A stretch of 48,640 nucleotides of DNA from Selaginella moellendorffii (Eukaryota; Plantae; Lycopodiophyta): positions 211,810 through 260,449 of the forward strand of contig NW_003314302.1 in assembly GCF_000143415.4 (NCBI RefSeq), read 5' to 3'. The notes under the pieces are model-generated. The model ran no database searches and was not told the DNA's origin. It saw only the letters and a list, made by a program, of their open reading frames with translations. Positions 12,979-23,666 of this stretch are shown piece after piece. Within the stretch, counting starts at the first letter, position 1. Each line of letters opens with the position of its first letter. The position numbers were made by a program, and so were the translations under genes.

Positions 12979-13077
12979 GAGGTCACGACGGTGGGAGCGG
13001 CCGCGGTGGCCTCCAAATCCTCCTCCGTCCATTGCTCCACCGAGAAATCTCTCTTCCTCTTGGACGAGGACGTGGCA
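11733..13077 (-). pseudogene. SAM-methyltransferase-like pseudogene, copy 1
   Basis: Mirror of 15717-17001; lacks the first ~42 codons; (ATG)17 insertion with frameshift; intron-2 donor GT>AT. Confidence 0.87.
12926..12978. repeat. (TCA)17 / (ATG)17 microsatellite
   Basis: Perfect trinucleotide run. Confidence 0.97.
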
Positions 13078-13123
13078 GTATCATCCTCCCAAACTGAACA
13101 CCTTAAATAGACAGGAAAATATA

Positions 13124-13197
13124 TAGCCTATGAATGTTTCGAACCTGAGACCTTGGCATTATTAACAACATGCTCTGACCAACTGAGCTAATAGGCC
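13124..13197 (-). pseudogene. Degenerate full-length tRNA-Ile(AAT)
   Basis: 74-nt copy of 15460-15533 with substitutions in the anticodon, T and acceptor stems. Confidence 0.83.
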
Positions 13198-13250
13198 TTA
13201 AACATTAAGTGATTTATCTATATACTTGTTCATCCTTTTATCCTTTTATT

Positions 13251-13370
13251 AGACAAATGCGTCTGCCGGATCTTGGTGTGGCTCCAAGTGCTGGAAGTCA
13301 CTCATTGAGGATGCCACTCACTGGAGAAGCTTGCCGCAGTTGCATGAGTCGTGGTCTGTAGACAATAGTG
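13251..13370 (+). pseudogene. F-box gene 5' fragment (inverted copy)
   Basis: Encodes CVCRILVWL..WKSLIEDATHWRSLPQLHESW, matching 15190-15340 with an internal deletion. Confidence 0.85.
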
Positions 13371-13522
13371 AGCTGACAAAACAGGAAGCCCTAATGTCTA
13401 TGTGGTGACCCCAAACTGAAGCCACTCACCAAACCAAATTTATCGCATAGGAGCTGAAACTGGTGTGACCCCAACAGCTTGGTGAGAAGGTTGGCAGGCA
13501 TGTCCTCTGTCCCGAGATGTAT
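13371..13522 (-). mobile_element. Ty1/copia RNase H C-terminal fragment
   Basis: Reverse complement of 35317-35466 (HLGTEDMPANLLTK). Confidence 0.8.
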
Positions 13523-14224
13523 CTCACGGAGCTTGGATCGTCAACGTGAGCTCCGGAATGTAAGCCACCTTAAGATCTTACAAAATTTTGCTCCAGGCTG
13601 GTGGACTTTTATGGGAGATTGGAGGATTCGGTGCAAAGTCCTTGCACCATAGTAGGATGGCTATCATGCACAGAATGGAGACGAAGAATCGGCTCCATCA
13701 ATTGACGAAGCTGGCGAACCGAGCGCAGCGACTTTGGTTGTTGTTATTGAGTCTCCAAAGGTAAGTTTGAGAAGTGATCGGAACTAATGGTGCTGGGATA
13801 TACTGAAAGTGGTGAAACCGAGAATGGTCATCAACCATACGCAAAAGTGTCCACTCTCCCCTACATTGTTTGCAAAGGCACTCGAGCTTTATTCGCAAAT
13901 GATCCAAGGCTGAGGCTCTTCGCCGGTCACGTCATTCTCCTCGCAGCAAAACCTTGCCGAGAAGGAGCAACTGAAGCCGCTTGAGGATTCGCACAGCTTA
14001 CACGACCAGTGAGGTTTTTCGACTTGGAACTTGACACCATGCTGGCAATTAAGCTGCTGGATTCTTACGAAGGTCGTTGATGTCTCGTACGTCTGTAAAG
14101 AAGATTGGAGACAAAGTGATTGTATTAGAGGCCCGATGAGACGGTGGATCCGCCTGCCATCACATTTCTTTATTGATGGCTGAAGCCTTACATCATGGAT
14201 AATGCGATTCCGAAACTCATGTTT

Positions 14225-15406
14225 CTATGGTTTTATGTTTCTATGAGGCCGATAAAAAAGTATAGGCTTTGAAAATAAATCTGGTGTGAGCGTGAAGGCC
14301 GTCTTATAGTTATACTTGCTGCAGATACTCCATGAATTATTCTTGAAGAAGAAGGCCATCGGTGGAGAGACTGATAACATACTTGGTCGCACAACAACGG
14401 AATGCTTGATAACAAAATACTCAAACTCAAGACAGCCATTCTTCACCAAGTCACCCATGTAAACCTCACTCAAAAGTTTCCAATCTGTTGTCTCCATATT
14501 GAGTTCCCATGCAGCAGCAGACACCTTATAACCACCACTTATAGTTGACGAAACAAGAATCCACCTCCCATTGTAATCTACAATACAAGGCAGCCCACAA
14601 CAGAAAAGATTGCTTGGAAACTTCACCTTGACCCTGTCATAGCAACCTGAAACCTGATCAAACACAGCCACGTAAAGAAGATCAACCCGACCACCGGTGA
14701 TCTTTAGCGACTGCCTGTTAGGTGATGCAAACATACTGGATCCGAGCCATGGTCCCTTGTCATCCGCAGCGAGATCATCAATGCTCTTCTTGCTTGTAAA
14801 CTGGCAGCGCCGCCACTGCCTACTGAGCGAATTGAATAGCCAGTAGTGATCAAAATCTGCAAGGAGAAACACCAGGACCTTGAAGTACCCTGTGCATGAA
14901 TCCACAAGCAGTTTCCCCTCTTTCCTCGAGACCTCGTTCACCGGGAGCTTGGGGAGGCGACACCACTTCCCGGTGATCGGATTCCCAACCATGTAATAGG
15001 GAAGGTGGTGTCTCTGGAGATTCACAAAATAGCCACACACCAGGCCGCAGGACGAGTCGGCAAATATCCTAAACCTGCAGCGTCCTTCACCCCAAGGACC
15101 TCTATTCTTCAAGCGCAAGGGCAAATTAAGATGGCGAGCCCTGTGGGGAGAATTACTAGTTGCCAAGATACGACAGAGAACGGAACTGTTGTCTACAAAC
15201 CACGACTCATGCAACCGCGGCAAGCTTCTCCAGCGAGTGGCATCCTCAATGAGTGACTTCCAGCGCTTGCATACAAGCTTGCAGCGGACAAGGTCTGGAA
15301 TGGGGAGCCATGCCAAGATCCGGCAGACGCACTCGTCAGGTAGCTCCTCACACTCGAAACTCTCAGGAAACAAAAAGGCGAGGCAAACGCGCAGCCCGGC
15401 CAACAT
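14225..15406 (-). CDS. F-box protein (intronless, ~393 aa from first ATG)
   Basis: F-box motif ELPDECVCRILAWLPIPDLVRCKLVCKRWKSLI; plant F-box-associated motifs SSCGLVC and VGNPITGKWCRLP. Confidence 0.9.
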   Translation of the reverse strand: MLAGLRVCLAFLFPESFECEELPDECVCRILAWLPIPDLVRCKLVCKRWKSLIEDATRWRSLPRLHESWFVDNSSVLCRILATSNSPHRARHLNLPLRLKNRGPWGEGRCRFRIFADSSCGLVCGYFVNLQRHHLPYYMVGNPITGKWCRLPKLPVNEVSRKEGKLLVDSCTGYFKVLVFLLADFDHYWLFNSLSRQWRRCQFTSKKSIDDLAADDKGPWLGSSMFASPNRQSLKITGGRVDLLYVAVFDQVSGCYDRVKVKFPSNLFCCGLPCIVDYNGRWILVSSTISGGYKVSAAAWELNMETTDWKLLSEVYMGDLVKNGCLEFEYFVIKHSVVVRPSMLSVSPPMAFFFKNNSWSICSKYNYKTAFTLTPDLFSKPILFYRPHRNIKP

Positions 15407-15459
15407 CTCGAAGCAAAACAAGGCCTTTTCCCTTTCCTCGTTAAATAGAGACGAAGATA

Positions 15460-15533
15460 TGGCCTATGCAGGTTTCGAACCTGCGACCTTGGCGTTATTA
15501 GCACCACGCTCTGACCAACTGAGCTAATAGGCC
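15460..15533 (-). tRNA. tRNA-Ile(AAT), intact
   Basis: GGCCTATTAGCTCAGTTGGTCAGAGCGTGGTGCTAATAACGCCAAGGTCGCAGGTTCGAAACCTGCATAGGCCA folds into a cloverleaf, anticodon AAT. Confidence 0.95.
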
Positions 15534-15591
15534 TTATACATTAAGCGATTAATGTAATGCTTATCTATTGGTTGGAATTATGTAGTAGCAT

Positions 15592-17001
15592 ATGGCCGAG
15601 CTTCACTTGCCCGTGCTCGATCTTCTTCTCGTTAGGTCTAATCCACTTGTATTGCGATGCTCGCCGGCGATTCCAGTCGCAGCGCCCAGATGCCGCATTG
15701 CCCGTCTTGCCGCCAATGCCACGTCCTCGTCCAAGAGGAAGAGAGATTTCTCGGTGGAGCAATGGACGGAGGAGGATTTGGAGGCCACCGCGGCCGCTCC
15801 CACCGTCGTGACCTCGATGATGAGCTTCTACAACGCCATTGCGATTCTCGAGGTGCCCAGGGATTCGCCCAGTGAATTCGCGGGAGCTAGATTGCTGCTG
15901 CTGGATCAAACAGGTGAGCAATCTCTCTCATCTATAGATCATTTGGTTCTTTTTGTGGTGATTGAGAGTGCCAATGTAGGAAATGTTCATAGTATTTACA
16001 AGGAGGATTCTGTGTGGGTCGGGTCATACTGGGTAAACAACTTCCGTTCTTGAGGAGTGAAAAGAGCTATGACTTCTTTGTGTGATTGAAGGACGAGTTC
16101 TCCTCGCTTCCACCGATCATTCCCAGAGGTCCCATTGCAATTCTAGGACTGGTAAGAGCTTTACGATTTCTTCCTAGCTTTCTCTGTGTTTGATCATCAG
16201 GGCGGTGGTACTGCTGCACGATTGCTGCTCCACTTGTGGCCGGAGCGAGAATTGATAGGCTGGGAAATTGATGAGATCGTGAGTAACTCTTTGACACCGT
16301 CAATGCAAACTCTTACGTCGTTGAAGCTTGCAGCTAATTGACAAGGCAAGGGATTATCTCGGCTTGTCGGAGTTAGAAGGCAAAAACAAACACGGTGGAG
16401 GGCTTACAATTCACATCGACGATGCTCTCTCGGATGCAAATGATCCCAAGGGTGGATTCGCAGGTAGCTCGGTGCAACCTCTCTTTTTTCTGTTAATCTT
16501 TCGACCTCAGGCATTGTCGTGGATTTGTTCTCAAATGGCGATGTTCTGCCAGTTCTCAAGGAGGTGAGAAACGAGTTTTAGTCTCTGCGGAGCATCAGAT
16601 CACTGATATCTTTTCCTGATTCTTCCTTCCAGGCAGAGACATGGTTTAAGCTCAGGAAAAGACTGAGACCCGGGGGCCGGATCATGATCAACTGCGTGGA
16701 AGAGCAAAGACGTGGACATGACGATGATGAAACTCTACAGTCCACAATTACGGGCGAGAACCATGTTCTTTATGCGATGTCAAAGGCATTTCCAGGCGAG
16801 GTAAGACTTTTTCTTTCTCCATTTCCTAATACTTAAAGCGCTTACGAGTTGAAGGAACAGCAGGTGAACTGGCGGAAGCTTGATCAAGTGAATAACAAGA
16901 TGGCTTTCACGGGTCCCCTCCCCAATCTCACACAGTGGTCTCAGGCTGTTCCCGAGAGGCTGCGAAAAGGGACACTACAGTGGAAGGCTTTCATCCAGTG
17001 A
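15592..17001 (+). CDS. SAM-dependent methyltransferase-superfamily (spermidine-synthase-like fold) protein, 8 exons, ~333 aa, possible plastid transit peptide
   Basis: Exons 15592-15913, 15980-16032, 16092-16151, 16201-16278, 16334-16463, 16511-16563, 16633-16800, 16864-17001 join in frame (1002 nt) across GT-AG introns; motifs AILGLGGG, GWEIDE, IVVDLF, LRPGGRIMIN. Confidence 0.87.
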
Positions 17002-17232
17002 AGAAAATGCCTCTTTTCACTTTTTCATTGTTGTTGCTGTCATAGTTTGCTAATCGATCAATCCATCTTTGGCTGGACAAGTGCAGGATGTTTTTTGCTT
17101 TTCTTCATCTGATTCTCCAGGGTGGCGAGTTCACATCTACCTCGTACGAAAATGTTTTCGTACAACCAAAGCCACCTATACATGTGGAAATTGGGGCCCC
17201 AAAACTTAGGGTAATCTTCCGAGACGCACAAG

Positions 17233-17970
17233 ATGATGGCTCTCAAGCGCAAAGCTGGCGAGGATGAAGCGTGCGTCGCGAACAAGAAGGTGTGTGGTGG
17301 TGTAGGAGTCAGATTAGGAAAGCCATGGCAGAAATGGGCCATTACCATTTGTACTCGTGAGCGAGGACTTGATGAAATAAAAGCATCTTCTCCTTGGAAT
17401 GTATTCACTGATGGATCCTTCGATAAAGAGTCGCTCTCGGCAGGGTACGGCGTCTACTTCCCGTCGGCAGAGGAGTCCCACAAAGGGACGGGCATGGCGG
17501 TGCAAGTCCCGCAGGAGAACGGCTGGTGCAAAAACGGGAACCCTATCGTCGACAGCCTCATCGTGTCTTCGCTCAACATGGAGCTTCTTGCGATACACGA
17601 CTCCATCGCGGCAGTGCAGCTGTACAAGGCTCAAGGTTACTGGCAGTCCAACAAGCTGAATATCTACACGGACAGTTTGCAGTCGCTGAAGCTGTTGCAG
17701 TTTGCGCAGTGCCGGCCTGAGCACCCCGACTGCATCCAGCTCAAGCCGCTCCTGCAGTGCATCGTTGGTGCGGCAGCAAAGAGCGGGATGGAGATCCGGC
17801 TGTGCAAAGTCAAGGCGCACGACAAGGTATATGAGAATAATGTAGCGGACGGGCTTGCCAGGAGAGGGCGCCAACTCGAGGGGCGGAAGATCCAGTGGTT
17901 CCACGCAGAAAGGTCTGCTAAGTCGACCAGCGATTGTGAAATTGTGAAATATAGTGAGATTGAAGTGTGA
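17233..17970 (+). CDS. Stand-alone ribonuclease H protein, 245 aa, copy 2
   Basis: Same D-E-D-H-D motifs; 2 aa differences from copy 1. Confidence 0.9.
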   Translation: MMALKRKAGEDEACVANKKVCGGVGVRLGKPWQKWAITICTRERGLDEIKASSPWNVFTDGSFDKESLSAGYGVYFPSAEESHKGTGMAVQVPQENGWCKNGNPIVDSLIVSSLNMELLAIHDSIAAVQLYKAQGYWQSNKLNIYTDSLQSLKLLQFAQCRPEHPDCIQLKPLLQCIVGAAAKSGMEIRLCKVKAHDKVYENNVADGLARRGRQLEGRKIQWFHAERSAKSTSDCEIVKYSEIEV

Positions 17971-18230
17971 TACATTAAGCTATTTCTCCCTTTTTCTTGA
18001 AAAGGCTTGTTAATTACCAATGTTTACAAACAACAGTTAATTTTAAATTACGAGAAAAATATTTTGCCCATAGCTTTTATTTTATCCTGAATTTTGTTAG
18101 CTCAATTTGGAGGAGGTAAATGTTAGTAAATAACATTTGTTTTGCTTGTTAACTATTTATAAATTAATAACTTTTTCTTTCCCTTTTTTTGAAAAGGTTA
18201 CCAAACAATAGTTAACTCTAAATTGTGAAT

Positions 18231-18294
18231 TGGCCCATGCAGGTTTCGAACCTGTGTATTAGCACCACGCTCTGACCAGCTGAGCTAATAGGCC
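18231..18294 (-). pseudogene. tRNA-Ile(AAT) pseudogene with 10-nt internal deletion
   Basis: Matches 15460-15533 but lacks accttggcgt. Confidence 0.85.
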
Positions 18295-18357
18295 TTAAAC
18301 AATCAAGGATGATTGGAATGGAATCAGATTTAGAATTTAAGAGCGCAAGGTAATCAG

Positions 18358-18430
18358 CGCGCTGGACAGGGTTCGAACCTGTGACTTTCTGCTCCAGAAA
18401 TAGATGCTTTATCCAGTGAGCTACAAGTGC
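18358..18430 (-). pseudogene. tRNA-Arg-derived pseudogene (anticodon CTG)
   Basis: Mirror of 10300-10372, with an extra D-loop change. Confidence 0.78.
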
Positions 18431-18768
18431 TTTACATGTCATTTATTTGTTAAATTTTTATTTAGTTAACACAAAGAGCAAAAGATACAAAATTTTTATA
18501 TATTCATATTATTCTTGTCTTATGAAGGTGTTATTTGCAAAGCAATGTGACAGATAATTTACTATAGATGATAGATAATAGTATACAGGTGGAATATATT
18601 GAAATGAGTTCAAAAGAATGTAATGATTATGATAGATCCTAGGATAAAATCACTATTACTTTTCATATAATAATATATTAATAATGACACATGTTTGAGG
18701 TGACATTTCTTTTCATTTTAACTCAGAATACTTTACATGATAAGTTTAAGCATGTTTTTGAATCTGGT

Positions 18769-19362
18769 TGTAAGCCATAAATTTTTCTTTTCCAAATTGT
18801 TAGCTTACCTTCTATCTGACCATCACAGCCTTGGCCTTAATTAAGTTCTCTTGCCAAAGTTCCTACCTATTATAACAACTCCTATTTGGTCATACTTGAT
18901 TTTAGTAATTCACTACACAAATAACAAAGTGTTAGCCGTCCATCCACAAATTCGCAAATTCTTTCCTAATCTCCCCCTCAGGTTAAACTGGACTTAAAGT
19001 TTAGTTACACTCCCTGCATGCACAAGTAGCCATGCATACTATGCCTCTAGGTTTTTAACATCCCTTGGTACAACAAGATTTAATCATGAGATATTTTAAA
19101 TCCCAAGCCTTGGGTGTAGCATTTGCTTTAGGACACCATAGGGAAACACCATGGCTTAATGGCCCGGTATGGGTATGGCCTGTGGATGGATGGCTAACAT
19201 TTTATTGTTTGTGAAGTGAGTTGTTGAAATTAAGTAGAAATAAGTAGGAGTTGGTACAATAGATAGGAATTTTAGCAAGGGAATTTAACTAAGGCCAAGG
19301 CTGTGATGGTCGAATAAACGAGATAAACTAGCAAATTGGAAAGGAAAAATTTATGGTTTACA
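18769..19362. mobile_element. Foldback TGT...ACA element, mirror copy with more complete TIRs
   Basis: tgtaagccataaatttttc ... gaaaaatttatggtttaca; flanks CTGGT / CTAGT (mutated TSD). Confidence 0.8.
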
Positions 19363-19388
19363 CTAGTGTAAAGATTGGAAGACAATAT

Positions 19389-22300
19389 TGTCGCGAATGT
19401 GACTTTGGGTATTAAAAGTTACCTGTTGGCTAGTCTTTATGGATACTCTTTCCTTACTACCATAATGGCAGGAGGTCAGTATTATTAAACCCTTTATTAG
19501 TCCCTCTTGTTCAAGTGTTAGTAAACTGGACTTTACATTTATACTTGGCCGGATGAGCATAAAGATAGAATTCTTAAGTGTTTATTTGGCCAAGCATACT
19601 TGGCCCGGCCTTTTAGTTTTCTTTTGCTCTATCTTGCATTAGCTTGATAAGAACCCTCACGTATTGAAACTAGTTCCTCAATATCGTTGAATGATAGCTT
19701 ACCGTGTTTGCCAAACACCTTTGTTATCATGCTTTTTGTGTTAGTTTCATTTCGGTCCCAAATGTTATTTATGGAAAGTGTCTAGATTTGCTCATTTGGT
19801 CTACGGAATGTAGAGATTAGCCTGAACACATTGGTGTTCGTCTCGTGTCCAAATTTGTAATCTATAAACATTCCATATTTAATAAGTTTCAAACTTGTTC
19901 CAGAAACTAACTCCTGATACTAAGGGAGGCTTGGGGTGAAAACCCAAAGTGTGTGTTCCTCAAGGGGGGGGGGATATGGGGGGTTCCAAATGTATAGTAG
20001 GGATAGCAGGTAGGTTGGGCATGGGTAACCAACTTGAGGCATAATTTAGCCACCAGTTGTTTGGCTTTGTTTTGCATATTGGTCCTAGCATTAAGATGCT
20101 GGTTGCTCTAGGACTATTCTAAGTCGCTCTGGGCTCCTATTGCTTTGTTCCTTGGGCTGTATGCTCGGGAGTCATTCCATGCTCTAGTGGGTGCTATCCT
20201 ATGGTAAATCACTATAGTGATTTACCATGTACGTTACATTTGGTAACGTATATTACATTTGGTATCAGAGAATGAATCTTAGCCAGTACTATCCAATAAA
20301 ATTGGGTAACTAGTCTCATTGTATAAGTAGAGATGAAAACGATGATCCAAGTGGGTACATGTTTGGATATAAAGACTTCGCATTGGTTTCTTGGGTATAA
20401 ATTTGGTTACCTTTTTGTACCGTATTATATGAGTTTGCTCTTGAGCTCATAAGATGGATGTGAGATGTTCCATTAGTAGGAGTTTGTGCTTGGGCTTATG
20501 AGTGAGGCACATTAGCAACTCAAGGTTACACTTTGAGTTGGCAGGATTAATGTTAGCCTATCAATGGTTCCATGAATTGTTCTTTGTACCATAGGTGAAA
20601 GTAAACCTTTCCTGGGTTTGCTATGAGTGGCAAATAAGTTGGTCCATAGCTGTTTAGCATAGTATTAGTGGATCCTTCCTAGGTATGATTATGAGTGGAT
20701 CAATCAAGATTGGGATTAGTCTATTGATTTAAGTAATCATTGCCGTGCTCTCTTATAAACTTTTTTTGGATTGGACTGAAAGCAGTGCAAATGTAAGCTT
20801 GAGGTTAAGTCAAAGTTAGGACTGAAAAGAGAGTTATCAGGGACGAAGGATCAAATACGTAAATCATTTTCTCTTCTTGAAGAAATGATTTGCAATGAGG
20901 TGTTAACTCATTGCTCATGTTCACATTATGCAATCAAGAGTCCCTACCTTGGTGCATATTGGAAATGATGGTCTTACAAATGGTGAGTTGTGGGATGGAT
21001 AGTAGTGAAATGCTAAACTATTTTATCTAGGCTCGCTATTAAAAGACTTGGATTACAATGCTCAATTCTTTTCCGGGGAACCTTGCTATTGCTCTTTGAG
21101 TAGCTTGGTGTTGGATTAGTTTTGAGTTTGGTAGGAAAGAGAGTGGCATGAACTTGTCCATATTGTGAATAAAAATTAGTGGTGTTGGGTGTTGTAAATC
21201 TCTATCAGTGAAGTGTGGCATTTATGTTGCATTTTGTCGAATCGAGTTGGCACTTCATAGTCACATAAACCTTTGAGGTAATGACATGAGTGTTTCTCGT
21301 GGTATTGCTCAACTGATGATTAAGTCATTATGATTTCTATATCATATCCATGTGATAGTGAGTAATGCATTTACGAAGTTGCTTGGTTAAATGATAATTA
21401 ACCCCAAAGTGGTTGATAGTGAAGCTAACCTACTTGCACATAATAGCATTGTAGTAGCTTTTATTGGATTCTCAATGGTGATCCATTATGCTAAGCTTAA
21501 GTTGGTACCTTGTTTCCTTGAAAGTTTGCCTATTAAGTGTTAGAAAAGGTTATAGCATTCATTTGCTATATCTCATCAGTTGATCCGTTAACACTTGGAG
21601 TAGATTGTTGGATGGAGAAAATGTGTAGTTAAAGCATTGATATTGCTAGCACTTGTGTTAGTGGAAATGGCATTTTTGTTCAAGTGATAAGGAATTTTCC
21701 TTAGAGCTCGATTTTCCATGTCATTTTTTTTGTTAGTGTTTTCATCTTATATTATATCTTGAAAGTGGTTGAAGAAGAGTGTTAATGCAATGTGAATATT
21801 CAAAAATGTGGTCTTTATGATCAAACCTTGGATGTTCATTTTGCATTTTGTAAATGTCGGTGTTAGATGTTGGAAATATAGGCAAAATTTTCGATGTTGA
21901 AGCATACTATGGCTCTTGAGAACTTGTGTTGAGGTGAACATATGTGAAGTTGTTGGTAGGAGGAAGTTAGTTGAGTCTTGAATGTTTGTATTCCTAGACT
22001 GAGAGTCATTCTTTCTCTAGGATGGAAAATTTTCCACAAATTTTCTTAGATTTTTTCAATGGTTGATCTATTGATCACTTTACTCAAAAACCTTTCCATT
22101 TTTGTAAGCTGATACAAACTAGTGAAGGGGTTAGAGTTGACTTCAATTGTCTTAGATCTTAGTAAGTAGTTTGTATGATGCGCCCGAAAGGGATGTTGAC
22201 TTTTGGGGCTAAGGCAATTGAGTTGGATAGAGTCTGGAGTTGGTGTAGAAAAGTGGCCGTTATGCTTTTCTAAGAAAGGTGACCTTTGTGCCTTTCTTCT

Positions 22301-22662
22301 ATAGCGTTTTGCTTGGTGGCAGGTTGCACTTTGCATTTCATTACAGTTTATAAGGGTAGTGAGCTCTCACTGATCCTGATTTAGTCTTGGTAGCCCTGTG
22401 CCTTAGCTGAAGATGGTGATGTCCAACTTAGTTGTTTGAGGTTGAGATGTTAGTACCTATACTATAGCTTTGTCTATGGGGAGGTTGTGTATTAATATGA
22501 GTCCATCTTATGGTCTTCACTTTAGTTTTAACTGAGTGTTGATCATGCACAGCTAGCCTCTTCAAGGCATGCTTAGAGCTGTTGGCTAAAGGCATTAGTG
22601 AGCTTATTACAGTTAAGTTGGATTTGAGTGGTCATTTAGTTCATGCTTGTCTATGAGCCAAT
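19389..22662 (+). mobile_element. Family-A LTR element, duplicated copy: 5' LTR 19389-20257, PBS 20260-20270, internal region
   Basis: Reverse complement of 5277-9158 with deletions and without the MITE; same flank junction. Confidence 0.87.
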
Positions 22663-23666
22663 TGTAGGCGACTAAATTATCCATTCTACTTTAGTCACTT
22701 AACCACACCTCCGACCACTTGGAGGAGTCTCATTCACAACCTCCATAAGTCCAACTAGGACTTGGGACTTGCTAGCCCCGAGAATGGCATCCATGCCACT
22801 CAACATTTGCACTTGGTCCAAGTGCTCCACGTGTCCGATCCCATGACCGACACTCAAAGGTACCACCGACATGCCAGCCCGTTACACTAAGGCCATGCCC
22901 AATCACCTTTGCCACACTGGTAGTCCATTACCACTTGCATCACAGTCTTGGCTCTCCAAGACTAGGCAAACCATCCGTGAGTGGTCATCTGAGATCCACT
23001 CCTTAGCACCCTTAGGATGCCCACCGACAAGGGGAATAGCCTTCCCCAATATCCCTCTGTCAGTCCCCACTAAGTCCCTTTCTGCCCCTGGCCATGTTTG
23101 CCAACACTGCCACTGGATCGAGACCCACAGGCCCGACCACCAAGTCCCACGGTCCTCTAGGACTTCCTCACCACACGACTGTGTCCTTGGTCACTACCCC
23201 AGAGGACTGCTCCTCTTCCTTTCCACAGTCTGGGCCTTTGGGGCAACATTTCGGAACACCGTGGCCTTACGCGAGCCACCTGGGTACTCTCCTTGCCTTC
23301 TGCCCTTAGGTGCTCTAGCCATGGGCTTAGAGCGAGGTTCCGTTGAGCCACGCCTGGTATCCAAGTAGGTAGTGCCACCCACACTTGGACTGGGAGCATC
23401 GGCCAGTCGATCTCCCGGGGGAACTAGAGCCGGCTCTTGAACACTTCACCAAGCTACCCCGCTTGTCGGTCCGTATTCACTCTAGTCTTGGACTTCCCAG
23501 TGGTCAGTTCATCACCCAACACTGGGTCTGGCCTTCCTGGGCCAAACTGGCCTTTCCTGGCCAAACTGGCTCCACTACAGTCCTCCCCCTTACTATACTT
23601 TTGGAGGTCACCAAACCCCCCAGGGTCTGGGAGACGAATGCTTTGGGCTTTCACCCTCTCAGGCTC

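Larger units (their letters stand above)
4437..13077. repeat. Left arm of large inverted duplication (mirror of 15717-22662 plus 30228-31073)
   Basis: Continuous reverse-complement similarity across genes, tRNA remnants, foldback element, the LTR/flank junction and the family-A internal region. Confidence 0.92.

Noticed and set aside
12694-13126. Poly-D/M/I/S ORFs
   Set aside because: Translations of the (ATG)17 microsatellite
22871-23368. 165-aa ORF conserved at 28750-29247
   Set aside because: Conservation reflects LTR identity; no recognisable domain; not preserved in the older copy
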